A stretch of DNA of 64,000 nucleotides. Source: Takakia lepidozioides. Its lineage: Eukaryota; Plantae; Bryophyta. Location: assembly GCA_030704615.1 (NCBI GenBank), contig CM060733.1, positions 18,290,001 to 18,354,000 on the forward strand. Direction: 5' to 3'. Both the position numbers and the translations under genes were made by a program. Below the pieces are notes generated by a model that searched no databases, was not told the DNA's origin, and was given only the letters and a program-made list of their open reading frames with translations. Numbering within the stretch: position 1 is the first letter of the stretch; each line of letters opens with the position of its first letter. Positions 38,874-50,076 of this stretch are shown in pieces.

Positions 38874-39440
38874 ATGGCTGGGGGAAATGAGGACGTAATT
38901 GAAGGGCAGGTCTCTTCTCTTAGCCTGTGCACACAAGGGGACAGGATTTATGTTTCCCAAGGAACTCAGACTGATTTGAGTGGAGAACAGTTGGACGAGT
39001 TGATTGCATACTGGGAGTCAGACATTAGCAGTAGACAACAGACTGCTGTAGTTGGCATTGAGGGCCTCAATATCGCCTTGGACAGTCAGAACTCTGTTGG
39101 AGCCAGCAGTTCTGCAGCTGTAGGTGAAATACCAAAGTGGGTGAAAGCTAGGCTTGGAACACAGCCAAAGACAGCTCCGGGGACCAAGGTGTTCAGCCAC
39201 AAGGCCGTGGTGTACTGGAGCAGAGGAGCAGGAGCTACACAAGTTTGTGCAATCAGACATGGTTGCAGCCGGATACGCTCTGCACAGGGCAACCACGAGC
39301 GGGGGTTCATCAGCAATGACATGTTTGTTGTGCGTGAAGGAGATGCAGTCATTCGCAATGAGGACACCCGCAACCGTCTCAAAGCTTTCGAGTTGAGAGA
39401 CTATCAGACCCTACCTTTTGTTTTCTTTAGTGTTCAGTGA
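38874..39440 (+). CDS. Orphan ORF upstream of gag (188 aa, unknown function)
   Basis: ATG-initiated and protein-like; the frame stays open about 57 codons past the TGA, to about 39614. Confidence 0.4.
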   Translation: MAGGNEDVIEGQVSSLSLCTQGDRIYVSQGTQTDLSGEQLDELIAYWESDISSRQQTAVVGIEGLNIALDSQNSVGASSSAAVGEIPKWVKARLGTQPKTAPGTKVFSHKAVVYWSRGAGATQVCAIRHGCSRIRSAQGNHERGFISNDMFVVREGDAVIRNEDTRNRLKAFELRDYQTLPFVFFSVQ

Positions 39441-40149
39441 GCGGGAGATAGGGGAGTATTGCTTTGTCTCTACCTAGCAGAAAGAGGAGAGGGTTGGTTA
39501 GAGCGAGCTACTGTAGCTTGGGACAAGGGTAGTGGCAGGTTTCTGGACATAGATATACCTCCTACACCTTACCATCATGCAGAGCGAGGCACTTTGAGAA
39601 AGTCTAGCAGTTGATAGCATAGATCAGGATTAGATCTTGCTTGGTTGGGCTTCTATTCTTCCCCTCCTCTCTGTACTATTTTCATTACCTTGTACTTGTA
39701 GTTGCCAAGCCTCTCTTGGTGGAGGCCAGTCAGTCCGGGGTTTTGGGCTGGGATATTTTGCAGGTCAGCATTGCAGCTGGATTTTTGGTGTGGGGGTGTT
39801 GATGTTTTGATTTTTTGTGTTTGGATCCCCCCCAACACCTGCATGCTTGACTGTGTGCCATGTTGGTTTTGTGTGGGCGCTTGTTTTCATAGGGATTAGG
39901 CCGGATTTGATCACCGGTCAATCCTAGAGTGTGCTGTCGGTGGTGAGGCTAGTGGATGACCAGCAAGACCACCAGTGTTTTTCTTCTATGGTGAGGCTGG
40001 GTTGATGACCAGCCAACCATAGGAGTTCTTGCGGTGGATGCAGGTGCAGGTGCCCTGAGCCTTGGGATATGACCCTTAAACTGCAACAGGTGCCCACCCG
40101 TGTACTATTAATTAGTACTAGAGCCTTATAGTGTCACGTGGAGAGGTGC

Positions 40150-41572
40150 GCATTGTGGTGTCATTACGGAGTTACCCAAGGGTTTTGAGGGGAGTACAGC
40201 TACAGGCAGTAACAGTGAGAGTGGGTTCACAAGACGAGGTATTCAGTTCAGACCACCTTCACCGCCACCCTCAATTACTGTAGAGTCAGACACAGACTCG
40301 GAGGCTTCATCAATAGGTGTGCACTTTCATTCGCCATTGTTGTGGGACGACATGGATGGAGATGTATGGAGCTACCAAGGGGCCTCGTAGGTACTCTGGA
40401 GCTGTGGGCACAATTGAGTTGGATGACTTTATCCAGGAGTTCGACAGCTGGTGTGATTTGCAGCAGATGCGCAATCCACAGCTATTCACCCATTCATGGC
40501 GTGGAAGGACTGTTCCAGCATTTGGAAGGCCCGCCTATGGACGATTACCACGAGTTCAGGCGAGGACATGAAGCAGAGATTGAGGAGTGGAGGATGTATT
40601 GGTCATCTGACTACGTCTCTATTACTCGAGGCACGACGCGACCAGTAGCTGCATCAGTACCAATAGCTCCCACTGCCAGCACTAGTAGTGGAGCAAGTAG
40701 TGCTGGTACTTCTGCAGGTGGTACCAGTTCAAAAGGTGCTACTACTCCCTCCTGCCACGACTACAATACATGTGCCTAGATTCAACCCGGTGGTGGAGTT
40801 CTTCCAGGAGTTGCGGAGGAACTACCAAGGTGTACGGACAGAGAAGCTGCGAAGTTTGCAAGACTTCCAGCGCAAACCCAGTGAGAGCTTGCGAGAGGCT
40901 ACACTCGTATGAGGCGCTTGATAAGTGTGACCCAAGGGGTTTACTGAAGCTCAGGCAATCCAGTTTCTGGTATGGAATTTGGACAAGGAGCTCAGGAGAA
41001 GGGTGCGGGATGCAACCCTATTACAAGCAGCCCAACCCACATTAGCAGATGTGTTTCTGCTGGCTGAGCGATTGAGCTCAACATGGTGGAGAGCGAGTTG
41101 TTACAATTGGATTGGCAGGACATGCCTGCACGGGGCACAGCTGTCAGCCCACAGGCACAAGGGACTGCCCAACAGCGTGGTCAGGGGGGCAAGGTTGCCC
41201 AGCCCAAGTTCCATGGAGCTTACAGGGGACCTTAGTGCAGAGGCCCGTGGCATCTTTTGCAGGCCAACAGCAACCAGGGGTGATATGTTGGACATGTGGA
41301 GGACCCCATGTCAGAGAGATTGCCCAGAGAGTGGCAAAAGGCCGGCACAAGCACAGCCTGCACAGTTGCAAGTGGGCATTGTGGCAAGTATGGGCATAGG
41401 CGATGCCCAGTGTTTGACTTGCATCCTGAGTTGCGCCCAGGCCAGTTCCAAGGGAACAATGGTGGCCGGGGCGAGGTGGACCAGCCCAAAGAGGACGAGG
41501 TGGTCGAGCACGAGGTGCAGGCCAAGGGCAAGCTCCACATGGCCAAGGACGCGGAGGTCAGGGTGTTGACCA
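40150..41572 (+). pseudogene. gag of the DNMT element (frameshifted)
   Basis: YGATKGPRRYSG...LDDFIQEFDSWCD, CWTCGGPH knuckle, second Cys/His cluster and RGG-rich tail; homologous to 61593-62993. Confidence 0.85.
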
Positions 41573-42284
41573 AGGCATGGCCAATCGGCTTCAGCAGCTA
41601 GAGCAAAGGCTCGCTGCCATGGCTATAGCTCAGGCGGTACCGGCTCCCAGGCGGGATGGTCACCTCCTGCTCCTGAGGGGAGATTATGGGAGGCATGGAT
41701 TCATGTGCGGAGCAGCACTACCACTAGAGCAGGTGGAGTCTGCTGCAGCCGTGACTCGAGCAGCAGCACGAGTTCCTGAGCCACGAAGTGCAGAGGTGGA
41801 GTTGGATCCACAACGTGGGGGGCAAGCCGTCAGGCAAGGCTGCCTCATCGTTCACCTTGGCGGAGACAGTGTCAACGCCATCCATGGCACCTAGTTCTCG
41901 CCCGACTGTTACCGCGGCGGACATTACTATGCCATTGGGGAGAGCTACACGTGCAGCACTGACACCTTCCACCAAGGCTAGTGCAAGCCGGTGTGTTGTT
42001 GGGGGCAGCCACCTCTGTGTGTCAAGCCCCACTGTTATCGGTAACCATGATTTGCGACGCCGGGAGTGAGACCAGTTGCAGTGTTCAGACTAGCAAGCAA
42101 CACCTGTGAGAGTGGGAGGTCACTCCATCTCTGCAGAGTTAGTGGAAGTGTAGTGGCAGAGGGATCCTCGGATTTGAGGGTCAAGACTGCCACGGCAGCG
42201 CCTGGCAAGCTGCAACTGCCAGATTGACGGAGCCTGCCAGCTAGGCCGCCTTTGAGTGCGCCACGGTGACACCTGGAGTTTGTC

Positions 42285-42720
42285 TTGTTAGACAACCAGG
42301 GAGGCATTTTCACTTTGAGTGGAACCGGCAGGCAAGAAGTACCGTCACTGCGGGTCTTGTTGGACGCGGGAGCCCAACCACTGATGTTGGGCAAAGCTGC
42401 TATTGCAGGTTTGGGCCTCATGGAGGCGGATATGGAGCCTTGTCCTTTCCAGATACAGACAGTCTCTGGGAGGATCAGAGCAGCGTGGGGCATGACACAT
42501 CATAGTGGCTATTCGACTGCAAGCCGGATCCATCCTGTATATGCTCAGTGATGCGAGCCAAGGCCATTGTGATAGAATGCGGTCCTCCTTACGATGTACC
42601 CTCGTTGGTGGGGCAGTGTTCTACCCCATGGTCTTTCACCCTGACTTATGGAGGGTTCTAGCATCTACGTCCTGGAGGAGTCAGCATCCTACAGGCCTGG
42701 ATGGCAGTCAGGGGATGGTC
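42285..42720 (+). pseudogene. Aspartic protease domain
   Basis: RVLLDAGAQPLMLG; the sister copy reads VLLDSGAQPLMLG near 63875. Confidence 0.8.
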
Positions 42721-43110
42721 GCCGTGCACAGCTCCCTGTGACATTCATTGGGGGTATTGCAGCTGCCCAGCGGGGCAAGAAAACACTACTAGCGCCTTCA
42801 CAGCTGCAGTTAGTTGGCCTGGAGAGTTGCTGGAAGGCAATGCCCATGCAGAGGATGTGCCACCTCCAGCAGAGCAGGATGACATGCATGGTACGGCGGA
42901 GTTGCCTGCCATGGTTGCTCACACTCCATTGTGGGGTACGAGCAAGGATTTGCAGCAAGCTGCTGATGGACGGGTGCAACAAGCTGGGTAGAAGCTTTTG
43001 TACCGTCAGGAGAGGAGGAGAGTGCGGGGTGATTGCACCAGGGAAACCTCAGTTGTCACCATTGGACACCACACCTCTTGTGTGGCAGCGGCCGGATGAA
43101 GGCATTATGC

Positions 43111-44060
43111 CTTCTGGACTTGTTTGGCGGGATCAGCACTGGATTGGCTGCAGTGCTGCAGGCAGGTGTACGAGTTCGACGTTACCTGTATGTGGAGAGG
43201 GATGAGACTGCACGACGCGTCTCACTGCGCCATGTTGCTCAGATGGTACAGCAGTACTGAGTGTTGCCGTTGCCTGTCTGCAGTTCGTGGATACCAGCAG
43301 GCCTTGCCAGCAGACATTGCGTTGCTGGGGGCGCAGGATTTGGAGCGGGTTGGCTCCATTGATCTGGTAGTGGCAGGTTGGCCCTGCCAAGGGCATTCAT
43401 CAGCCGGGCATGGCAATGGATTGCGAGACTCGAGGACGGGTCTGTTTTGGGAGATGGTGCGGATTTTGCGCCACTTGCAGCTTCATCAAGCTGTATCTCC
43501 AGCATACATCTTGGAGAATGTGCCACTGATGGGTGATTCTCGGGCCAGGGTGATGGCCAGTGTGCATCAAGTCCGGTCGTGGCTTGGGTCAGCAGTGTTG
43601 CTGGATGCAGCTGCAGTGGGGTCACGGGCTCATCGTCCACGACTATGGTGGACTAACTTGATGCCACCCGCACTGCTCAAGCGTGCATTTGATGGGGTGC
43701 AGCGGCCAGCACACCTCACCGTGGATGGCATTTTGGACACAGGAAGGCAGTCTCAACGTGTGAGACACGATGACCGTTCGCCTTTGGCAGTGGTCAACAG
43801 GGTGGGTCAACCACGAGCAGCATTACCTACACTGCTCAGCTTCCCAGGATCCCATGCTTTTCGGGATGGTGGACCTGGCCTCCTGTGGGATGCTCAGTTG
43901 CAGCAGTTAGTGGAGCCTAATGCCGACGAGCGAGAGCGGGCTATGGGGTTTTCCACTGGGACCACGGCGGTGCCTTCTCTTTCTGAGGCATCACGTCGTC
44001 AGGTGTTGGGGCAAGCAATGGATCTCAATTGCTTGACCTGGATTATCAGCTTGGCTATGG
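43111..44060 (+). pseudogene. DNA (cytosine-5)-methyltransferase domain, DNMT3-like, inside pol
   Basis: Motif I LLDLFGGISTG, II YLYVERDE, IV DLVVAGWPCQG, VI YILENV, VIII AHRPRLWWTN, IX ERERAMGF, X RRQVLGQAMD; one break near 43260. Confidence 0.93.
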
Positions 44061-44489
44061 CTGAGCAACGTAGAGTGCGGAGTGCACTTCCCTTGACGGT
44101 CTCTCTGCCTACCGAGACGGTACAGGCAGCGAGTGGGGGCGAGCCGGTGAGGACCACGGGTGTAGACATCCATGGCACACGTGGGAGGTGCTCGAGGTTC
44201 AGAGGGAGTTGGCAGCCAAGGCAGCTGTGATGGATGAGGTTGGGGATTCTTCTCGGGATGAGGAGGTTCTCAATGATGAGATGATGGGGCAGGATGAGGC
44301 CTTGTCATTGACTGAGCAGGAAGGGGGTACTGCTCAAGAGGTTGCAGCATAGCAACCACGGGACGCGTCCTCTACCTCTAAGCCCACTGGACTTAAGGTT
44401 GCAGTTACGGAGGACAATTGGGAGCCTGACATTGGACCCATTGTCACCGGAGGAGAGAGACGACGTATACGGCGGTTCCTGAGGGCTTA

Positions 44490-45850
44490 CAGGAATTGCT
44501 TTGCCTTCAGTTTGAAGGACTTGGGAGCACTGAAGGGTCAAGAGATCCGTATTGAGTTGGCCACTGACACGCCAATCTTTCGGAGACCCTATAGATACAG
44601 TGACATGGAGAGGTCTTTGATTCAGATGAGGACTCAAGATCTCTGGGAGGCAGGTTTTGGGAGCTCTCTGGTGGAGAGTATGCTTCAGCCACAGTGATGC
44701 CAGCTAAGAAGGATGTCTATGGCAATTGGAGAGAGACGTATGTGCGGTGATTACCGGCCTGTAAATCGTCAGACCAAGTCCGATAGGTATGCCATGCCAA
44801 CACCAGAGGAGATCTTTGATGCCATTGGGCATTCCAAGGTCTTTAGCACGTTGGATTTACGATCCGGATATCACCAGTTGCCGATCAAGGAGGCGGATAA
44901 GCAAAAGACGGCATTCTGGGGGATCAATGAGCACGGGAAGGATTGCCTATACCAGTGGCGGTTCTTACCATTTGGGCTTAAAAACGCTCCCGCTGAGTTT
45001 CAAAGAGTCATGGACAGGATTCTAGCAGGGGTGGAGTTTGCTCGGTGCTACATAGATGACATCATCATCTTTAGTGCTACGGTGGAGGAGCATGAGAGAC
45101 ACCTTCAGGGGGTATTTGAGCGCTTGAGGACGCACGGATTGAAGTTACATCCGGGCAAGTGCAAGTTTTTCCACAACCAGATTGAGTATCTGGGTCACAT
45201 GATATATCCTGGAGGATTGGGGGTACAGCAGACTAATAGGTAGAGTCCATTGCACAGGTTCCACGCCCCACGGATGTGAGCCGAGTTCGAGCTTTCATGG
45301 GGTTAGCAAACTATTACAGACGGTTTGTTAAGGGATTTAGTGCCATTGCAAAGGCTCTAACCAAGCTGACCAAGGTGGACCAGGAGTGGCAGTGGGAAGA
45401 TGAGCAAGAAGAAAGCTTTTCAAGAGCTCAAGGCGAGGTTGACCTCGGCGCCCATCTTGAGACGACCTATCAGGGGGCGTTTTCAGCTGCATACAGATTG
45501 GAGCATGCTGGGGCTTGGAGCGGTGCTCACACAGGTGGATGATGAGGGAAGAGAGTTCGTAGTGGCTTATGCTAGCCGCTCGAACAATGTTGCAGAGTCT
45601 AAGTATAGCTCATATGAGGGAGAATGCTTAGCTGCAGTGTGGGCCGTGGCACACTTCAGGTGCTATCTATACGGCAATCTCTTCACCCTTGTCACGGATC
45701 ACCAACCACTCAAGTGGTTGATGGAGTCAGACAAGCTTACGGGGAAGCTTGCACGGTGGGCACTCATCCTTCAAGAGTATGACTTTCAGGTGGTGCATCG
45801 ACCGGGTTTGGTCAATCGCAATGCAGATGGGTTGAGTCGCAATCCATGCA
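44490..45850 (+). pseudogene. Reverse transcriptase and RNase H
   Basis: [62 protein letters not shown]. Confidence 0.95.
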
Positions 45851-46149
45851 CGAGCCAGCAGGATGACACTGGAGCTCGGTGGCATGGTGAGACGGACGAG
45901 GAGATGGTGCCCGGATGGCATGCATCTGCATTTCTGTGTATCTTGGCAGCGGAAGGCCAGGTTGGACCTGCAACAGGGATGACTGTAGATCAAGTGTCTG
46001 AGGACCCTGAGGCCAGCAATGAGCAAGGTGGCGCCAAAGATATACATGAGGATTCAGTTGTGTTGGACTACCTCCGCACTGGAGACACTGGCAGCCACTG
46101 TGACTGCCAAGGAGAGGGATCGGATCCTACAACGAGCCAAGAGGTTCAA

Positions 46150-47488
46150 GTGGGAGGGGACACACCTGCTCCGAGTGTGGGAGGATGGTCGAGTGAGGAT
46201 TGTGCCTCACCCAACACAGCGGGCACGGTTAGTGCGGCATGCCCATGAGGAGTTGGGGCATTTTGGGGTGCGACGCACTCATAGTCTACTGCAGGCAGGG
46301 GCAGTATTGGTGGCGTGGTATGCACACAGAGGTGCAACAATTTGTGGCTAGGTGCATGGTGTGTGACAGGGTGCGTGCTTCATTCAACGCCCCTACTCCA
46401 CAATTGCACCCTCTTCCGATCATGGGATTGGGCTACAGGTGGAGTCTTGACTTCGCAGGGCCGTTGCCACTGACCATGCGCCACAACAAGTACGTGTTGG
46501 TGATGGTGGAGCACTTCTCCAAGTGGATTGAATTGGTTCCATTGCCTGATAAGGCTAGTGAGGGAGCTGCGTATGCATTCTTGGATTGTGTGCTTAGCCG
46601 ATTCGGTGCTCCAGCTGAGGTACTCACGGACCAAGGGAGAGAGTTCTTGGGGGAGTTTCAGGCTTTGTGTGACAAGGCCTTGATAGACCACCGCACCACT
46701 TCTCGGGATCATCCTGAGGCCGATGGCTTGGCAGAGAGAGTTGTTCAGACAGTAAAGAGGGGTTTGCGCAAGTATGGCTTGCAGAAGGGACACCTAGGAG
46801 ATTGGGACCTTCAGTTACCCTGGTTAGCCATGGGCTACAGGTTCAGCAAGCAAGCATCACTTGCCTCCTTCTCACCATACTTTCTTCTCTTTGGCCGAGA
46901 GCCGGATTTGCCTACATCCATTCGCAGAGAAGCTGCTACAGTTCTTAACCTTGACGATCCGGACGTGTGGGCACGTGCATGTGAGCAGCGTGCAGAGTTG
47001 TTCAAGAGAGTCATGCCCATGGCTTTCGAGAACCTTGCCATTGCACAACACCGTGATACGTTGAGGTATGCTACCATACGTGGTGGGGGCTATCGTCCTG
47101 GGGTTCGGAGATTCAACCCTGGTGACTATGTCTATCTGCAGCAGACTGCCCTACGACCCTGGATGTGACTGCAGGACGTGTTATTTTGAGGGTTCGAGAG
47201 GTCTTGCCCTCAGGCGTCTTGGTCTTGGAGGGTCGGGATGGCATAACTTGGAAGGACCATGTGCGTAATTGTGCGCCATGTCACCTTCCGAATGTCGATG
47301 GCAGGATTGACCCAAACCTGGCAGTGGTATCTGCAGGTTTGAGGTGCATGTTGTGTGGGTCTGCTAAAGGGGCAGCCACCATGCTGGTGTGTGATCGATG
47401 CTCTAGAGGTTGGCATATGGGATGCTTGACTCCACCTCTTGAGATGGTTCCAGATGGGGATTGGTTATGTCCACATTGCATTGGATAG
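46150..47488 (+). pseudogene. DDE integrase with C-terminal PHD finger
   Basis: HEELGHFG...CMVC, SLDFAGP, LTDQGREF, GLAER; ends CMLC...LVCDRCSRGWHMGCLTPPL...GDWLCPHC (C4HC3). Confidence 0.93.
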
Positions 47489-47735
47489 TGGGAGTGGATA
47501 CAACCATGGAAGGCTAACAAGAAACGCAAGGCCCAGCTACTAGGAGACCTTGAACACACGAGATCCTGGCTCAAGTTCACAGATTGCAAGACGGCGACTA
47601 ACGATGGGGCTACTCTTGTACCCGGCCTCTTGGTCTATAGAGTTTGAGTACAATAGGGACAGTGATAGAGGACTTAGTACGGTTGTGGCTATTACATCTT
47701 GTAGCTATCTGGAGGTAGAGGGACCTATCCACCAG

Positions 47736-48269
47736 CTAGGGGGGCGATTGTGGCAGACTACTTTATTGTGCATATATGTGTGGTGTGGTTTGGACAGCGA
47801 TGTAGTTGTGTAGCGATATGTATGCGCACGACAGCTGTCAAGTTAAATAAGCACAGTGTGAAAACAGCTAGAATAAAACTAGTTATTTGTATTTAACACT
47901 TGGATTTAGGTCAAGTGTTAAATCAGGTGTCAAGTTTAGTTTGACACCTGGTCCGTCTTATCTTCACGAGAGCGGCAGTCGCGCGGCTCATCTCTCTCGA
48001 GTTGAGCCTGCGCGACCGAGCTCCTGCATCGTTTAGGATTGAGTGTGCTCATGATGGGAGTGTAGGTTGTTGTGGGGTGGAGTCCCCACAGCTTGGGGTG
48101 CCCCTGGCTCGACTACTATTTCTAAGAGTGATGGTTTGGTTTTCATGTTTTGTGTCAACAGTGTGTTCGTTGGTTTCTTATCATTGTGGCAGACTACTTT
48201 ATTGTGCATATATGTGTGGTGTGGTTTGGACAGCGATGTAGTTGTGTAGCGATATGTATGCGCACGACA
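47736..48269 (+). repeat. PPT plus B1-gc-A2-t-B2 terminal block
   Basis: CTAGGGGGGCGAT then B1 (85 bp), GC, A2 (348 bp), T, B2 (85 bp, identical to B1). Confidence 0.95.
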
Positions 48270-50076
48270 AGAACAAAAAGCAAAATATGTGAGCACTTGA
48301 AGACTACACTGACCTTAGGGACTCTCTTGTTGCCATGCTCCAAAAGATGGGAGCTGTTGGGCAACCACTAGTAATATCCACTGTACAACCTATACTTCGT
48401 GGTATGGTTGAATCAATTGCTCTTGATGTGCTCCGCAACACACGTGGTGGCTTCAAAATCACATGTGAATGGACACGCCAATTTATGAACAATTACATGA
48501 ATTGGACATTTAGAATTGGAACTACCGCTGCTAGCAAACTTCCAATGGATTGGATGGAGCAAGGGCGCTTCGTGGCTTATCGCATTGCCTATCTAGCAAA
48601 AACATACAACAATCCTCTTTCTGTGGTTGTAAATAGCAACCAAACAGGGATTCACTTGATATCTACAGCAAGGGAACGCACATGGGAGAGTAAGGGCACC
48701 AAACACATCCAAGTATTGGGTATAGAACACAAGAGACAAGTTACAATAGTGGTATCTTCAACTGCAGACGAAGTTCTACTTCCTCTTCAAGTGGTTTTTA
48801 TAGTAACTACACAGCGGACATTACCACCAAACAACCGAGGGAGAGCAAAATGCATTGCAGATAGATGGGATCTTACATACAATGAAAACCATTGGTCCAA
48901 TCTACAAACCACACAACAATTTGTGCAGAAAATATGGTGACCTATCTCAAAAGCCAATTCTACAGTTGGGGCTACAAAAGCAAAAAAAAATGGTGTGGTT
49001 AATAGACTGATGGTCAGTTCACAAAAGCAAAGATTTTTAAGATTGGATGAAAGAAAAACATTCAAACATTCTGGTAATTTTTGTACTGGCTAATTGTACA
49101 AGTGCATTGCAACCAGCTGATGTGATTCTACAACATCCGCTGAAACGTGCATTCAAAATGGCATTCAATACTTGGACCACCGGAATGATCAAAGAGCAAA
49201 TTGAAGGTAGAGATCCAAGTGTGGATTTCAGAATGAGTAATCTGAAACCTTACATTTGTGAGTGGCTACATCAAGCATGGACAGAAGTGAAAGCAATGAG
49301 ATCTATGATTGTGAAAGGATGGGAGAAAACAGGACTTACAAGGGCTTAGGAGATTGAGTTTCAACTTGCTGCAATGGAGGCAAATACAACAACTACGATG
49401 TTTACAGCAGTCCCGATATTAAAGAAACCACATAAATCGATGTGGAATCTGATCTGACAGACGAAACTTCAACATTGTCTACAAGAAACACGAGTTACAA
49501 CTTCAGATTCAACCCAACCATCTTCAACCCAACCATCTTCAAGTACAAATGTTGGAAGATCGAAGCTACGAGACTTAGCTAGAAAACGGAAGACATAGAT
49601 AGATTGCATGTATGAAGACAGACAACAAACAACACCACATATGTACTATTGCTGGTGGATTAGACCACCAAGATATTGTATCTTCTTGAAAGCCATCAGA
49701 TATTCCATTTCATTTCCGTTCTGCCTGATGATTACTTGAAGCTGATTCACTACACCGTTTGGGGGGGTTAGCCGGGGCGTCGCTATTCGCTTTGTCGTGC
49801 ACCTAAGCATCGTGCCACAACATACATCGCTGTCCACCATACATTCTAAGCACACAATCCTAGAAAGCTATGCCACAATGATAATGAAAATGAACACAAG
49901 GGAAACACTCCACTCATGAATCCACTCAATCACATAAACTAAGTCAAGCCAAGGGCACCCTTGCTAAGGGAATCCACCCTACAAAGCCCTCAACACACTC
50001 CCTCTCAATACCTAGAGCTATGGAGGTGAGAGAGGCTCATGGAGGCTCAACTACAAGAAGATGAGCCCTCCTCAAC

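Larger units (their letters stand above)
36536..48269 (+). mobile_element. Complete 11.7-kb Ty3/Gypsy-type element with DNMT and PHD domains and split direct repeats; 4-bp TSD AGAA
   Basis: A1 36536-36883, B1 47749-47833, A2 47836-48183, B2 48185-48269; AGAA at 36532-36535 and 48270-48273; order gag-PR-DNMT-RT-RH-INT-PHD. Confidence 0.92.
36340..49600 (+). pseudogene. pogo/Tigger-like (DDE_1-type) transposase remnant, split by the 36536-48269 element
   Basis: ORFs 48335-48940 and 49047-49349 (TTAASKLP, VVNSNQTGIHL, KRQVT, NCTSALQPAD). The left flank YDWFTTTGELK...SVQ reads in frame into MLQKM once the element and one AGAA are removed. Outer limits approximate. Confidence 0.75.

Noticed and set aside
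43111-44060. Host DNMT gene or bacterial restriction-modification contamination
   Set aside because: Intronless domain positioned inside pol of a TSD-bounded element, in a contig with spliceosomal genes.
36536-48269. DIRS/Ngaro tyrosine-recombinase element, suggested by split repeats plus a methyltransferase
   Set aside because: Encodes an aspartic protease and DDE integrase in Gypsy order, has a PPT and TSD, shows no YR motif, and the MTase is C5-type rather than the adenine-MTase-like DIRS domain.
47749-48269. Solo LTR (A) nested in a short repeat, or B as an 85-bp TSD
   Set aside because: The same arrangement and spacers recur in an independent diverged copy, and the AGAA TSD lies outside A1 and B2.
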